DNA of 64,000 bases, taken from the NCBI GenBank assembly GCA_017531765.1, contig JAFXKJ010000019.1:18660-82659 (forward strand). Direction: 5' to 3'. The stretch is from Clostridia bacterium (GTDB lineage Bacteria; Bacillota; Clostridia; Oscillospirales; CAG-272). The position numbers and the translations under genes were made by a program. The notes below the pieces were generated by a model that saw only the letters and a list, made by a program, of their open reading frames with translations, was not told the origin of the DNA and made no database searches. Every line of letters starts with the position of its first letter. The stretch's first letter is position 1. This document shows, piece after piece, positions 8,926 to 18,859 of this stretch.

Positions 8926-9494
8926 TCTTTACTCTCCTTCTTTTGCAGACTGATAATAAGATTTGCAAAAATTCCGATCACACCGGAGATCAGTATATAA
9001 AAGATGGTGGAGAATTTTACAGAGAAAATGGAAAAGACTATCATACATATGCTTACGGAGCAAATGATTACTATGTTAAACGGAGTTTTTTTGATCTGCT
9101 TCAGCATCTTCAGTCCCGCTGAAAGGATGAGATAAATAACACATACCTGTATTCCGCGAAAAGCCGAGGCGATGATAGCGACACTTAAAAAAGAGTCGAA
9201 GAAAACAGATATAATATATATTATTACAAAAGACGGAATGCACATTGCCACGGTTGCAGTGAGTGAACCTGAAAAACCTAAAATCTTGTATCCTATATAA
9301 GTTGCGGAGTTTATTGCAATCGGTCCCGGAGTGGATTCCGCTATTGCTACAAGATCGAGAAACTCGTCTTTATCTATCCACTTTTTATTGGAGACGAATT
9401 CGTTTTCCAACAGCGCGATCATAGCATAACCGCCGCCAAAGGTGAACAGACCGATCTTAAGCATTGTAAAAAACAGTTTGATATATTGCTTCAT
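8922..9494 (-). CDS. chromate transporter (CHR family, short half-size subunit)
   Basis: FGGGYAMIALL and AIAESTPGPIAIN motifs. The conserved start MKQYIKLFF at 9494 is chosen; the 42-codon track extension overlaps the upstream gene. Confidence 0.85.
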   Translation of the reverse strand: MKQYIKLFFTMLKIGLFTFGGGYAMIALLENEFVSNKKWIDKDEFLDLVAIAESTPGPIAINSATYIGYKILGFSGSLTATVAMCIPSFVIIYIISVFFDSFLSVAIIASAFRGIQVCVIYLILSAGLKMLKQIKKTPFNIVIICSVSICMIVFSIFSVKFSTIFYILISGVIGIFANLIISLQKKESKE

Positions 9495-9498
9495 GATC

Positions 9499-9855
9499 TT
9501 ATACTTTCGTCTTTTCTTCCCACTCAGCTTCCCTGAATCCGACAAGGACAAAATCGTCCCCCACAAGTATAGGTCTCTTAACCAGCATTCCGTCACTTGA
9601 GAGCAGACGGAGCATTTCATCTTCGGTCATTTGGGGGAGCTTGTCTTTAAGCTCAAGAGATTTATAAAGAAGACCGCTTGTGTTGAAGAACCGTTTGAGG
9701 GGCAGTCCGCTTTTACGGTGCCAATTTGTCAGCTCGTCAAACTCGGGACGGTTTTCTTTGATGTGGCGCATTTCATATGCGACACCGTTATCGTCAAGCC
9801 ACTTTTTCGCTTTTTGGCAGGTGGTACATTTGGGGTAACAGATGAATTTTAACAT
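9499..9855 (-). CDS. ArsC/Spx-family thioredoxin-fold protein
   Basis: N-terminal CTTC (CxxC) in the beta-alpha unit YPKCTTCQKAKKWL, and C-terminal LVKRPILV as in the ArsC/Spx/YffB family. Confidence 0.8.
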   Translation of the reverse strand: MLKFICYPKCTTCQKAKKWLDDNGVAYEMRHIKENRPEFDELTNWHRKSGLPLKRFFNTSGLLYKSLELKDKLPQMTEDEMLRLLSSDGMLVKRPILVGDDFVLVGFREAEWEEKTKV

Positions 9856-9876
9856 TTTCTCCTCCTATACTATGTT

Positions 9877-10902
9877 TCACGCCCCAAGCAAATTTTGATC
9901 AAAGGCAAACAGAGCCTCGTTAATATCAAACACGTTATATATCCCGCGGGTGATGAAATATTCTATAATAATATCGAACTTGTTACTGTGAGACAGTGAG
10001 AATCCCGCTTTGTTTAACAGATCTTTCGTTTCAGCAAGGGTTAACTCAAGGGAAATTGCAAAGGCGATCGCTGTCTGCTTTGACGGCTTGTATGACGGGT
10101 TACTTCTGATCTTTGAAAACAGCTTGCGGTCGATGTTTGCTTTCTTGTAGCACTCTGCATCGGTCATGCCTTTTTCATCGATCATTCTCAAAAGCATTTC
10201 CGAAAAGCTTTCATCTAAGCTTTTCAGCATTGACTTAAGATCGGTCATGGATGAGACGGTGGGACGCGTTGAGGCACACGGCGGTATTTGGCAAATATCA
10301 TTCTCCGGGACACTCTCGGAGTCACAGCACTGTGACAGCTCACGAAGTCTTCTGCTGTAGTCGTCCCGATGAGCTTCAACGTAAACGTCATCAATAAACT
10401 CCTCGATCTCGAAAAACAGCTTTTCTCCGATGCTGAACGATTTTTTGTCAAAGATCACCATGTACACGTCCATGTCACATTCAAGAAGGAAATCGTATAT
10501 GGTTTTTGTGGCAACGCGCATTGCCTTGTCTTTGGGGTATCCGTAGACGCCCGATGAAATAAGGGGAAAGGCTATGCTCTCGCATTTGTGCTTTGCGGCA
10601 AGCTCAAGGGACTGTCTGTAGCAGGATTCAAGGAGCGCCGCTTCTCCGTGATTTCCGTCGATGTACACGGGACCGACGGTATGAATGACGTACTTTGCGG
10701 GAAGCTTGTACCCCTTTGTTATCTTTGCCATACCCGTTTTACAGCCGCCGAGGGTCCTGCATTCCAAAAGAAGCTCATGTCCTGCGGCGCGGTGGATGGC
10801 ACCGTCAACGCCTCCTCCGCCAAGGAGAGTATTGTTTGCGGCGTTGACTATGGCATCGACTTTCATTTTTGTAATATCGTTTCGTATGATTTTTAACGGC
10901 AT
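9877..10902 (-). CDS. macro domain protein (ADP-ribose binding/O-acetyl-ADP-ribose deacetylase-like) with C-terminal helix-turn-helix-like extension
   Basis: [27 protein letters not shown] macro signature. ATG at 10902 is preceded by GGGAGA. The C-terminal ~110 aa look HTH-like. Confidence 0.85.
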   Translation of the reverse strand: MPLKIIRNDITKMKVDAIVNAANNTLLGGGGVDGAIHRAAGHELLLECRTLGGCKTGMAKITKGYKLPAKYVIHTVGPVYIDGNHGEAALLESCYRQSLELAAKHKCESIAFPLISSGVYGYPKDKAMRVATKTIYDFLLECDMDVYMVIFDKKSFSIGEKLFFEIEEFIDDVYVEAHRDDYSRRLRELSQCCDSESVPENDICQIPPCASTRPTVSSMTDLKSMLKSLDESFSEMLLRMIDEKGMTDAECYKKANIDRKLFSKIRSNPSYKPSKQTAIAFAISLELTLAETKDLLNKAGFSLSHSNKFDIIIEYFITRGIYNVFDINEALFAFDQNLLGA

Positions 10903-11009
10903 GATTTCTCCCACTTGCTGTCTTTGCAAAAAAGACTGTTTTTTTTATATTTTACAACAAAATGCGATACATTTCAACATATGAGAGAAAAATAATCCGA
11001 GAAGGGAGA

Positions 11010-11537
11010 TCACCCGATCCCAAAGGTACCCGTGAGAGGGTCTGAAAAAAGAGGAAGTCGGGGCGGATAAAACGTAAAGATCGCGAACAGTGCGCCAATG
11101 AGAACGATGATTGCCAAAGAAAACCTCTGGGGACACCATGCAAGATCCCGCTTTTCGAATTTTCGTGCCTCGTAAAAGTACGCCGCCGCGGCTGAAATGA
11201 AGAAAATTGCAATGTTTACAAAATCGGGAGACCTTCCGAAGGTACCGTTATACGTGTAAAAAATTACGGGAATGAGGAGTTGCCCAAGAAGGATCCCGCG
11301 AAGCTTTATGCAGAAAAAATCCCCTCTGTCACGGAAAAAGAGGCTTTGGATAAGTGCAAAAACAAACATTGGGAAAAAGAGCAGTTTCATATGCTCCCAT
11401 GTCGATTCGTTTACTCCCGAAAACGGCGCGGCGAAGACTGATCTGCCCGAAAAGTCGTATAAAAAGTGTAATAAAGTCCCCATCACGGAAACTGCGGCGA
11501 ACGCCCACAGACTCCAAAGATTAATTGATTTTTTCAT
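11010..11537 (-). CDS. small polytopic membrane protein (possibly DUF6512-like)
   Basis: Several hydrophobic segments and an HFLYDFS motif. Family assignment is from memory only. Confidence 0.6.
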   Translation of the reverse strand: MKKSINLWSLWAFAAVSVMGTLLHFLYDFSGRSVFAAPFSGVNESTWEHMKLLFFPMFVFALIQSLFFRDRGDFFCIKLRGILLGQLLIPVIFYTYNGTFGRSPDFVNIAIFFISAAAAYFYEARKFEKRDLAWCPQRFSLAIIVLIGALFAIFTFYPPRLPLFSDPLTGTFGIG

Positions 11538-11684
11538 GACCCCTCCGAGGTAATATAAGAGTGTTTTATTATATTACGTGGGAATAAATAATATACAAAA
11601 TTCAGTTTTTTCGGGAGAATCGTTGAAAAAACGGGGAAGCCATGATAAAATAAAAAGAGAAAGCTCGAAGGGAGGACGGAAATT

Positions 11685-12533
11685 TTGGAGAAATTTTGTG
11701 ATCTTCACACACATTCAACCTATTCGGACGGAACTTACACACCTGCCGAAATTTTAGATGCGGCAATAGAAGCACAGCTTTCTGCAGTTGCTCTTTGTGA
11801 CCATAATACCGTCGACGGTCTTTTGGAGTTTGAGAGGTATGCAGAAGGGAAAGATGTTGAGGCTATATCGGGAATTGAGTTTTCTACGGAATTTGAGGGA
11901 ATTGAAGTACACATTCTCGGTCTTTTTCTTCCCCGTGATTCTCATGCTGCGGTCAAAGCTCTCCTTGACGTATATATAAAAGAGAAGGAAAACAGCAACC
12001 GTTGGCTGACAAAATCCCTTGTCCGCGGGGGCTACGACGTGGATTATGATAAAATAAAGGAAAAATATCCGAATGCGATAATAAACCGTGCGCACATTGC
12101 CGCTGAGCTGACCGAAAAAGGATATACCTCCTCGATTAGTGAAGCTATGCGAGGGATCCTGTCACGGGAAGCGGGGCATTACGTACCGCCGAGACGTCTT
12201 TCCGCCATTGAGTGTATAGAATTTATCGGAAAGATCGGAGCTGTATCGGTTGTGGCGCATCCTTTTCTGAATCTTACGGAGGAAAAGCTGAGAGAGCTTC
12301 TTGCCGAGGGTAAAAAGCACGGACTTTGCGGGATCGAGTGCGAGTATTCTATGTACGATGAGGGGACTGCGAAATTATCCGTGGCGCTGTCACGTGAATT
12401 CGGACTTTTGCCAAGCGGCGGAAGCGATTTCCACGGTGCGCGGAAGCCCGAGATTGCCATCGGTACGGGAAAAGGCTCGCTTCGGGTACCGGCGGAGTGG
12501 ATGACTGAGCTTAAAAAAACTGTAAAAGAATAA
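11685..12533 (+). CDS. PHP-domain metal-dependent phosphoesterase
   Basis: DLHTHSTYSDG N-terminal PHP motif, later CDHN and GGSDFHG. TTG start at 11685 with GGGAGGA upstream. Confidence 0.8.
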   Translation: MEKFCDLHTHSTYSDGTYTPAEILDAAIEAQLSAVALCDHNTVDGLLEFERYAEGKDVEAISGIEFSTEFEGIEVHILGLFLPRDSHAAVKALLDVYIKEKENSNRWLTKSLVRGGYDVDYDKIKEKYPNAIINRAHIAAELTEKGYTSSISEAMRGILSREAGHYVPPRRLSAIECIEFIGKIGAVSVVAHPFLNLTEEKLRELLAEGKKHGLCGIECEYSMYDEGTAKLSVALSREFGLLPSGGSDFHGARKPEIAIGTGKGSLRVPAEWMTELKKTVKE

Positions 12534-12555
12534 AAGAGGTTCTGTTATTAAAGAT

Positions 12556-12594
12556 GGGGATAGCGCAAAAAATACGTTATCCCCGTGTTTTTTT
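12556..12594 (+). terminator. intrinsic terminator after the PHP gene
   Basis: ggggata ... tatcccc stem followed by gtgttttttt. Confidence 0.6.
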
Positions 12595-13861
12595 AGTTTT
12601 TCAGCATGATCCTGATGATCTCGCGGTCAGTCTCTGCCATACCGTTCTGAGCAAGCTTGCCTACGTTTTTGATGGTCGCCTCAACACTTCCCGCAACGAT
12701 ACCGTCACCGCTGTAGAATTCTTTTCCGTGCATATACATCTGCATACCCAGGAGTCCCGATTCAACGGCAGATGCGATCTTAGCCGCACAGCTTGCCTTG
12801 GCGCCGTCGCACACAACTCCCGAGTTGATAGCCAGCGCGTTTACCACCGTATGGGATATTTCCTCATATCCTCCGCCGTGGAGATACATAACCCCCGCCG
12901 CCGCACCGCATCCCGCACTGATAGCGCCGCAGTAAGCAGACAGACAACCGATACCCGTCTTTAGGTGAATGGTTGTTAGGTTTGATACAAGGAGCGCGCG
13001 ATACAGCTTGTCGGAAGACACCCGCATTTCCTTTGCGTACACGATTACGGGAAGTGAAGCGGTTATGCCCTGGTTTCCGCTTCCTGAGTTGATGATAACA
13101 GGCATCTCACATCCGTTCATTCTCGCATCCGAGCCTGCGGCAGACCATGCTTTCGCGCGGTTGTGGACCGTGTCGCCGTAGGACATAAGAAGAGTTCTTC
13201 CGATGGCGGCGCCGTATCGTCCCTTAAGTCCTTCTTCGGCAATTGCCGTATTATAAGTGATCTGTCTGTCAAGGAGTTCTTTTACGTCGTCAATATCGGC
13301 ACAGTCGGCAAACTCTATAATGTTTTCGATACTAAGTGCGGAGTGGTCGATGTCTCCGGCATTCTGTTCGATCTCCTTTGAGAAGACGGTAACTCCATCC
13401 ACGACGATCAGGCAAAGTCCCGTGTGGTGCTGAGCTGTGCGAACATAAGTAGAATGAGAGTCCCCGTTAACGGTGATCCCGATGTCGAGGATAAATTCGC
13501 TGACAGATTCGGTGATGTTGATGGGAACGTTATTTATAAATTCCGCGATAGCGGCTTTTTCGCTGTCAGTCATGCCCTCAAGAACTTCAAGTTCACGCTC
13601 GGGATGACCCGCAACGATTCCCGCCGCAGTTGCCGCGGGGATTCCTCTGAGACCGCCCGTCCCCGGTACCATGACGCTTTTTACGTTTTTGATAATATTA
13701 CCGCTTACAGCAACGTCTACCGATTCTATCCTTCCGCCCTTGAAGTGGGATTTCGCAGTAGCGGCAGTAAGGGCAATGGCGATAGGCTCCGTACATCCCA
13801 TGGCGGGGATAAGCTCGGAGTGAAGAATGTCAATATATGTTTTATAAATTACAGAATCCAT
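12593..13861 (-). CDS. UPF0597 / L-cysteine desulfidase family protein (serine dehydratase alpha-like)
   Basis: MGCTEPIAIAL motif and overall Gly/Ala-rich composition of this family. Start chosen at MDSVIYK (13861). Confidence 0.75.
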   Translation of the reverse strand: MDSVIYKTYIDILHSELIPAMGCTEPIAIALTAATAKSHFKGGRIESVDVAVSGNIIKNVKSVMVPGTGGLRGIPAATAAGIVAGHPERELEVLEGMTDSEKAAIAEFINNVPINITESVSEFILDIGITVNGDSHSTYVRTAQHHTGLCLIVVDGVTVFSKEIEQNAGDIDHSALSIENIIEFADCADIDDVKELLDRQITYNTAIAEEGLKGRYGAAIGRTLLMSYGDTVHNRAKAWSAAGSDARMNGCEMPVIINSGSGNQGITASLPVIVYAKEMRVSSDKLYRALLVSNLTTIHLKTGIGCLSAYCGAISAGCGAAAGVMYLHGGGYEEISHTVVNALAINSGVVCDGAKASCAAKIASAVESGLLGMQMYMHGKEFYSGDGIVAGSVEATIKNVGKLAQNGMAETDREIIRIMLKN

Positions 13862-13868
13862 ATTTACC

Positions 13869-14372
13869 TCACATTTTGTCAGATGTGGTATCTTCGTACC
13901 ATTTGATGAAAGCTTCCGTGTTCTTTTCGTCAACGAAATATCCGCCGCGTTTTATTAGTGAAAGCATTGCGTCCTCTTCGGGAGTTCTTTCTTTTTTCGA
14001 CAGCATTTTAACGAGCATATTTATCATAAATCGGTTGATCCCGCGGAGCTTTGCGTGATCCATGCCCCCCTGCATGGTAAAGAGAGGAGTACTTTCGGGG
14101 AGCGATATAGCTTGTCTCACTTCACGCATCATCTCTCCCGTGGGGCAAAGTCCAACTCCCACAACAGCGGATACGGCGTATCGCTTTGCCGCTTTTTTGT
14201 AGCCCTTGATGCTTGATGCGAAAAGCCAACCCATGTAGATTATTTTTGCATCCTTCGGCAGTTTCCGTTTTGCTTCCTTTATTTCAAATACAGGAATGGA
14301 AGTTTTATTTCCCAGAATCTCCGCATAAGCTTTTGTATGACCTGTTTCCGATGTGTATACGATGGCATCCAT
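13869..14372 (-). CDS. flavodoxin-like domain protein
   Basis: N-terminal VYTSETGHTKAYAE resembles the flavodoxin phosphate-binding loop; 167 aa. Confidence 0.55.
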   Translation of the reverse strand: MDAIVYTSETGHTKAYAEILGNKTSIPVFEIKEAKRKLPKDAKIIYMGWLFASSIKGYKKAAKRYAVSAVVGVGLCPTGEMMREVRQAISLPESTPLFTMQGGMDHAKLRGINRFMINMLVKMLSKKERTPEEDAMLSLIKRGGYFVDEKNTEAFIKWYEDTTSDKM

Positions 14373-14397
14373 TTGTTACCTCATGTTTTATTGAAAA

Positions 14398-14991
14398 TTA
14401 TATTTCCGAAAGCACTGCTCTGCACGGTGCGCCGTCACATCCGCCAAGGTTTATGGGAACGGCAGATAACAGATAAACTCCCTCGGGAACGTGGGACAAT
14501 CTGATCCCTTCAAGAAGAACGACTCCCGTACCCAGCAGTTCAAGATGTACCGCCATGGGCGCATCTTCCGGACCGACACTTTGGGACTCGTTACCGAAAA
14601 GTACAACTCCCGCAGAATTCAGTGCCTTGGCGCCTTCGAGAGTTAAAGTGATTTTTCCGCCCACAAGGATACGCTTTGCACTTTCGACATTCGCCGTTTT
14701 GGCTTTTTCTATAATCTCGGTAATTTCCTTCACGCCGGCTTCGCCATCCCCGTGAGCTACGTAAGCGAAACCGAAGGTCTTTTCAAGAGGGATTTTGTCA
14801 ACAGTATCACCGCAGCCGAGAAAATGGAAGGGCGCATCGATGTGAGTACCGTTATGCGCACACATGGAGAATTCCGTCAGGTTGCAGACGTCTCCCTTGT
14901 CCGTTGAGAGTACAGTGCCCCTTGAGGGCGTAGGGTCTCCGGGATAAACACAGCATGAAAACACTTCTTGGGATATATCGTATATTTTCAT
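14398..14991 (-). CDS. cyclase family protein (kynurenine formamidase-like)
   Basis: HNGTHIDAPFHF metal-binding motif typical of the putative-cyclase/arylformamidase family. Confidence 0.75.
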   Translation of the reverse strand: MKIYDISQEVFSCCVYPGDPTPSRGTVLSTDKGDVCNLTEFSMCAHNGTHIDAPFHFLGCGDTVDKIPLEKTFGFAYVAHGDGEAGVKEITEIIEKAKTANVESAKRILVGGKITLTLEGAKALNSAGVVLFGNESQSVGPEDAPMAVHLELLGTGVVLLEGIRLSHVPEGVYLLSAVPINLGGCDGAPCRAVLSEI

Positions 14992-15668
14992 TCTTCCTTT
15001 TTTCCTTTCGGTTTTGTTGTATGCCGAGACTTTTTACTTCCTCCAAGAGAATAGCTTTCATCGATCATGGAAAACACCTTTTCCGTGTCAACGCTTCCGT
15101 CAAGGATCACTGTGACCCAATGCTTTTTGCTCATATGATAGGCAGGAAAGATACCTTCGGCTTCTATAAGAGTAGGTAATTCTTCGGGCTTTACGTGAAG
15201 GTTGATAATGTCGAGTTCGCGGTGAGGTGTTAGACCAAGCCGTTCCGAAGAGATCCTCATGAGAACACCGTACCACTTGCGGTTGTCCTTACGCCTGATG
15301 GCGGCGGCATCGGGGGAGGTGTCCCAAAGATATTCAAAAGAATCACCGTATTTTGTATGGCAGTATTCAAAGATCAAGCTTTTTTGCTCTTTTGGCGAAT
15401 GTTCCGTAATCCAGCAGTTCAGCTTTATGTCATAAATCAGTCGGTCGATCTCATATCTCACCGAGCTGACAAACGGGCCGTCGGCTTTTTCCGCGTGATG
15501 CAGAGTGTAATCGCTGCCGTCAAATGGGTCGATTGCCCGTACTGTAAGATCAGTGCCGTCATGTGTGACAGTCAGAGTAAGTTGTCCGTCAAGTATGTCA
15601 CGTGTCAGCGTATATATACCGCCACTGCTTTCAAATCCGTAAGAAATCAATTTTTCCGTGCTAAACAT
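14988..15668 (-). CDS. MmcQ/YjbR family DNA-binding protein with N-terminal extension
   Basis: C-terminal half (DNRKWYGVLM ... HMSKKHWVTVILDGSV) matches the MmcQ/YjbR pattern. ATGA overlap with the downstream gene. Confidence 0.7.
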   Translation of the reverse strand: MFSTEKLISYGFESSGGIYTLTRDILDGQLTLTVTHDGTDLTVRAIDPFDGSDYTLHHAEKADGPFVSSVRYEIDRLIYDIKLNCWITEHSPKEQKSLIFEYCHTKYGDSFEYLWDTSPDAAAIRRKDNRKWYGVLMRISSERLGLTPHRELDIINLHVKPEELPTLIEAEGIFPAYHMSKKHWVTVILDGSVDTEKVFSMIDESYSLGGSKKSRHTTKPKGKKEE

Positions 15669-15800
15669 AAGCTTGACATCTCATCTCCCGCTTTTGTGAT
15701 CTTCATAGTACTATACCTCCTTTAATTATGACACAACTGTGTTTTTTTGTCAATAAGCTACGAAGGATACTTTGTATTTTGTCGAAATAATAAAATATTA

Positions 15801-15829
15801 TTGCATATTTCGGAAAACTGTGATATAAT
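15801..15829 (+). promoter_or_regulatory. sigma-A promoter
   Basis: TTGCAT, 17-nt spacer, TATAAT with TGa extended -10. An 8-bp leader hairpin gtatttac/gtaaatac follows at 15853-15874. Confidence 0.65.
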
Positions 15830-15887
15830 TTATTGTAATAATTACAGAAAGGAGTATTTACCCGTTCGTAAATACAAGGTGAATACA

Positions 15888-18053
15888 ATGTTTTGCAGAA
15901 AATGCGGTACAAAGCTTGCTCCCAATGCTTCGTTTTGCAGTGTATGCGGTGAAAAAGCAGTAAATGCAAACACAGCTAATCAGCAAGCGCCCCGTCAGGC
16001 GGCACCTGAGACTCAGCCTACTCCTCAACAAGCGCCCCGTCAGCAGGCGCCCCAGCAGACACCCCAGCAGGCACCCCGTCAGCAGACACCTCAGCAGGCA
16101 CCCCAGCAAGCGCCTCAGCCAGCGCCCCAGCAGGGCGGATACGTTCCTCCTCAGACTCCCAATCAGAATTTCAATGCTACAGAGACTCCCGCGCCCGAGA
16201 GTGCTCCCGCTGCTGAAAATCTGACCACTGAGGTTGAAGCAGAACCTAAGAAAAAGAAGCGCAAGCTCCGCATCCCCAAGAAGTTTATAGTTCTCGGTAC
16301 GGCTTTGGCTTTGGTTGCGGCTATTGTACTTTCATTTGCTTTCATTCCCCCCCTCAGAAGATTCTGGGAAAACAATATCTACAGACCCATCGCGGGTTCA
16401 CTGGTAAAGACCTTCGGTTCCGACGAAGACTACTTCCAGTTTGTTGAAAAGCAGGCATTTGATAGCTACGGCGGATACATTAACACAGCAACAAGTGTTT
16501 ACGGCGCGCTCATGGACACAACCATGGGTGACGACACGTACTTTGAAGCATCTGTCGGTGTTAACATCGGTGACGATGCATTTGAGCTTCTTGAAGAAGC
16601 GACGGGCGTTGATATGGATCTCAGCTTCCTGAATGAAACTGAATTCAAGATCAGCGGCGGTAAGTATGAAAATCTCATTCAGTTTGACAGTATTCTTGAG
16701 ATAAACGGTGAAGAGATCATCAATCCCTCCGTTCTTCTCGATATGGACAAGGAAGAGATCTTCATCAGCCTTCTTGCACTCAGCGATAAGTATATCAGAG
16801 CAGATGCCGAGGGTATTGGTATGGATTTCAGCGCCCTGACAGCGGCGAGCGAATCCTTCCTTGACAACGAAGCACTCAAAAAGGCTATCCCCGATGAAGG
16901 AGATCTCAATGACCTTATTGCAAAGTACATTAAGATAGCTCTTGACGAGATCGAGGGCGTAGAGGTCGGTGAGGATGAGCTTGAGGTCGGTGAGATCGAA
17001 GAAAAGCTTACTACAGTAGAGATTGCGTTTACCGAAGAGCTCGGCGTAAAGATGCTCAAGGCTGTTCTTGAAGAGCTCAAGGACGATAAGGATATCAAGT
17101 CCTACATAAATGACCTTGCAAAGGTTCTTGAGGATGAAGATATGCTTGAAGACTCAGAGGAAGTTTACGAAATGTTCGTTGAGAGTATCGATGATGCTCT
17201 TGATACCATGGAAGACGTTGACGCAAGCGACGACGCAATTTTCACTCTCATCGATTACGTAGACTCTTCTCACAAGATCGTAGGCCGTGCAGTGTTTGAA
17301 GGTGACGATACCGATGAAGATCCCATGTTCTTCTATGCAACTGTTCACGACGGTAAGAACTACGAGTTTGAGCTCAGCGTTCCCATGGTAGGTGTAGCAA
17401 TTACAGGTAACGGCGTTGACAAGGGTGGCGAGCTTACAGGTGATTACGTAGTATCTGTAGGCGGTAAGGATTACGTCAAGCTTTCTCTTGAGGAGTTCGA
17501 TGTTACTGCTATCGCACAGGGCAAGATCAAGGGTAAGATCACCGTTTCTCCCTCCAAGGATCTCCTTAAGGAGCTTGGTGTCAGCGGAATGGAGTATCAG
17601 GGTATTGCAATTGCAGACCTTGCTCTCCAGCTTGACCTTGACATAGCTAAGAAGAAGGCTGATATAGCTGTAAATCTTCTCGTTGATAAAGAAGTATTCG
17701 TAGGCATTGAGTTTGCTTATAAGATCAGCAGTGCTCCCAAGTTTGAAGTTCCCTCCGGTAAGGACGTTCTTGACATGGATGATGCAGGTGAGTGGGTAGA
17801 AAGCGTTGACCTTAAGAAGTTCATCGAAACTCTTAAGGATGCAAAGCTTCCCTCCGATATTATCGACTATGCAGAAGATCTGGCATCTGAGCTTGAAGAT
17901 ATGGATCTCAGTGATATGAACTTGGGAGGGTTGATCGGCGGAAGTCAGGTAGCGGTGCCTGGTTACGACGATTATGACGATTACTATGACGATTACTATG
18001 ACGATTACGACGATTACTACGACGACTACGAATACGAAACCTATGGGTATTGA
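15888..18053 (+). CDS. zinc-ribbon membrane-anchored protein with P/Q-repeat linker, large acidic ectodomain and Asp/Tyr-repeat tail
   Basis: MFCRKCG..CSVCG zinc ribbon, QQAPRQ repeats, one TM (FIVLGTALALVAAIVLSFAFI), acidic domain, C-terminal DDYDDYYDDYYDDYDDYYDDYEYETYGY. The track start at 15747 would run across the promoter. Confidence 0.75.
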   Translation: MFCRKCGTKLAPNASFCSVCGEKAVNANTANQQAPRQAAPETQPTPQQAPRQQAPQQTPQQAPRQQTPQQAPQQAPQPAPQQGGYVPPQTPNQNFNATETPAPESAPAAENLTTEVEAEPKKKKRKLRIPKKFIVLGTALALVAAIVLSFAFIPPLRRFWENNIYRPIAGSLVKTFGSDEDYFQFVEKQAFDSYGGYINTATSVYGALMDTTMGDDTYFEASVGVNIGDDAFELLEEATGVDMDLSFLNETEFKISGGKYENLIQFDSILEINGEEIINPSVLLDMDKEEIFISLLALSDKYIRADAEGIGMDFSALTAASESFLDNEALKKAIPDEGDLNDLIAKYIKIALDEIEGVEVGEDELEVGEIEEKLTTVEIAFTEELGVKMLKAVLEELKDDKDIKSYINDLAKVLEDEDMLEDSEEVYEMFVESIDDALDTMEDVDASDDAIFTLIDYVDSSHKIVGRAVFEGDDTDEDPMFFYATVHDGKNYEFELSVPMVGVAITGNGVDKGGELTGDYVVSVGGKDYVKLSLEEFDVTAIAQGKIKGKITVSPSKDLLKELGVSGMEYQGIAIADLALQLDLDIAKKKADIAVNLLVDKEVFVGIEFAYKISSAPKFEVPSGKDVLDMDDAGEWVESVDLKKFIETLKDAKLPSDIIDYAEDLASELEDMDLSDMNLGGLIGGSQVAVPGYDDYDDYYDDYYDDYDDYYDDYEYETYGY
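15975..16135 (+). repeat. in-frame degenerate tandem repeats encoding (Q)QAP(R)Q
   Basis: Repeated cagcaggcgccc/cagcagacaccc-type units visible in the DNA. Confidence 0.8.
17961..18050 (+). repeat. in-frame tandem repeats encoding a D/Y-rich tail
   Basis: gacgattac(tat) units repeated about seven times. Confidence 0.85.
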
Positions 18054-18094
18054 TGGTCTGATTTTCTGATTTAGTATTTCTTATGTGTTATTTT

Positions 18095-18125
18095 CAATGC
18101 CGCTGATTTTTGGTCAGCGGCATTG
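18095..18125 (+). terminator. hairpin after the zinc-ribbon gene
   Basis: 12-bp perfect stem caatgccgctga/tcagcggcattg. The tail is only moderately T-rich. Confidence 0.5.
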
Positions 18126-18159
18126 ATTTATATTGGCTGTAGACTGAATGGAGATTGGT

Positions 18160-18858
18160 ATGAAGATTGAAATATGCGGAATTAGCAAACGTTACGGCAA
18201 GAAGACCGTTCTGAGAGATATATCGTTTAGCGCGGAAAGCGGAAAGTGTATAGGCATTCTCGGAGGAAACGGATGCGGAAAATCCACTTTACTGTCTATT
18301 CTTGCCGGTATACAGAAATGTGACGGCGGAAGCTTTACTTGTTATAACGGGGAATCGGTAAATGATAACTCTGCAAGTATTGATCTTTTAAGGGATACCG
18401 TAGCGAGAAGCAATCTGATCGGGTACGTACCTCAGGGGACTCCGCTAATTGAGGAGCTGACTGCCAAGGACAATCTGTCTTTGTGGTATACCAAAGAGGA
18501 TATGAAGCATGAGCTTGAATTTGGTGTTCTCGGAATGCTTGGTATCGGAGAATTCCTTAAAACTACAGTGTCAAAAATGTCGGGCGGAATGAAAAAACGC
18601 CTTTCCATAGGCTGCTCCGTGTCAAAGAAACCGCCTGTGCTTCTTCTTGATGAGCCTATGGCAGCCCTTGATCTGGTATGTAAAAAGAGTATATCCGAAT
18701 ATTTGAACCACTATAAAGCATCTGGAGGAATCATCATAATTTCTACCCACGACGTAATCGAGCTTGGACTTTGCGACGAGTGGTATATTATGAAAAACGG
18801 TGTTTTGACCCCGTTTTGCTATACCGGGGATATTGACGAGCTTGTGAAGAATTTGTGA
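18160..18858 (+). CDS. ABC transporter ATP-binding protein
   Basis: Walker A GGNGCGKST, signature MSGGMKKR, Walker B LLLDEP. GGAG lies 6 nt before ATG 18160. Confidence 0.9.
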   Translation: MKIEICGISKRYGKKTVLRDISFSAESGKCIGILGGNGCGKSTLLSILAGIQKCDGGSFTCYNGESVNDNSASIDLLRDTVARSNLIGYVPQGTPLIEELTAKDNLSLWYTKEDMKHELEFGVLGMLGIGEFLKTTVSKMSGGMKKRLSIGCSVSKKPPVLLLDEPMAALDLVCKKSISEYLNHYKASGGIIIISTHDVIELGLCDEWYIMKNGVLTPFCYTGDIDELVKNL

Positions 18859-18859
18859 T

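Noticed and set aside
9877-11537. Macro-domain gene as the DarG antitoxin of a DarTG system.
   Set aside because: The macro domain is MacroD/YmdB-like rather than TARG1-like by motif. The adjacent gene encodes a polytopic membrane protein, not a DarT (DUF4433) ADP-ribosyltransferase.
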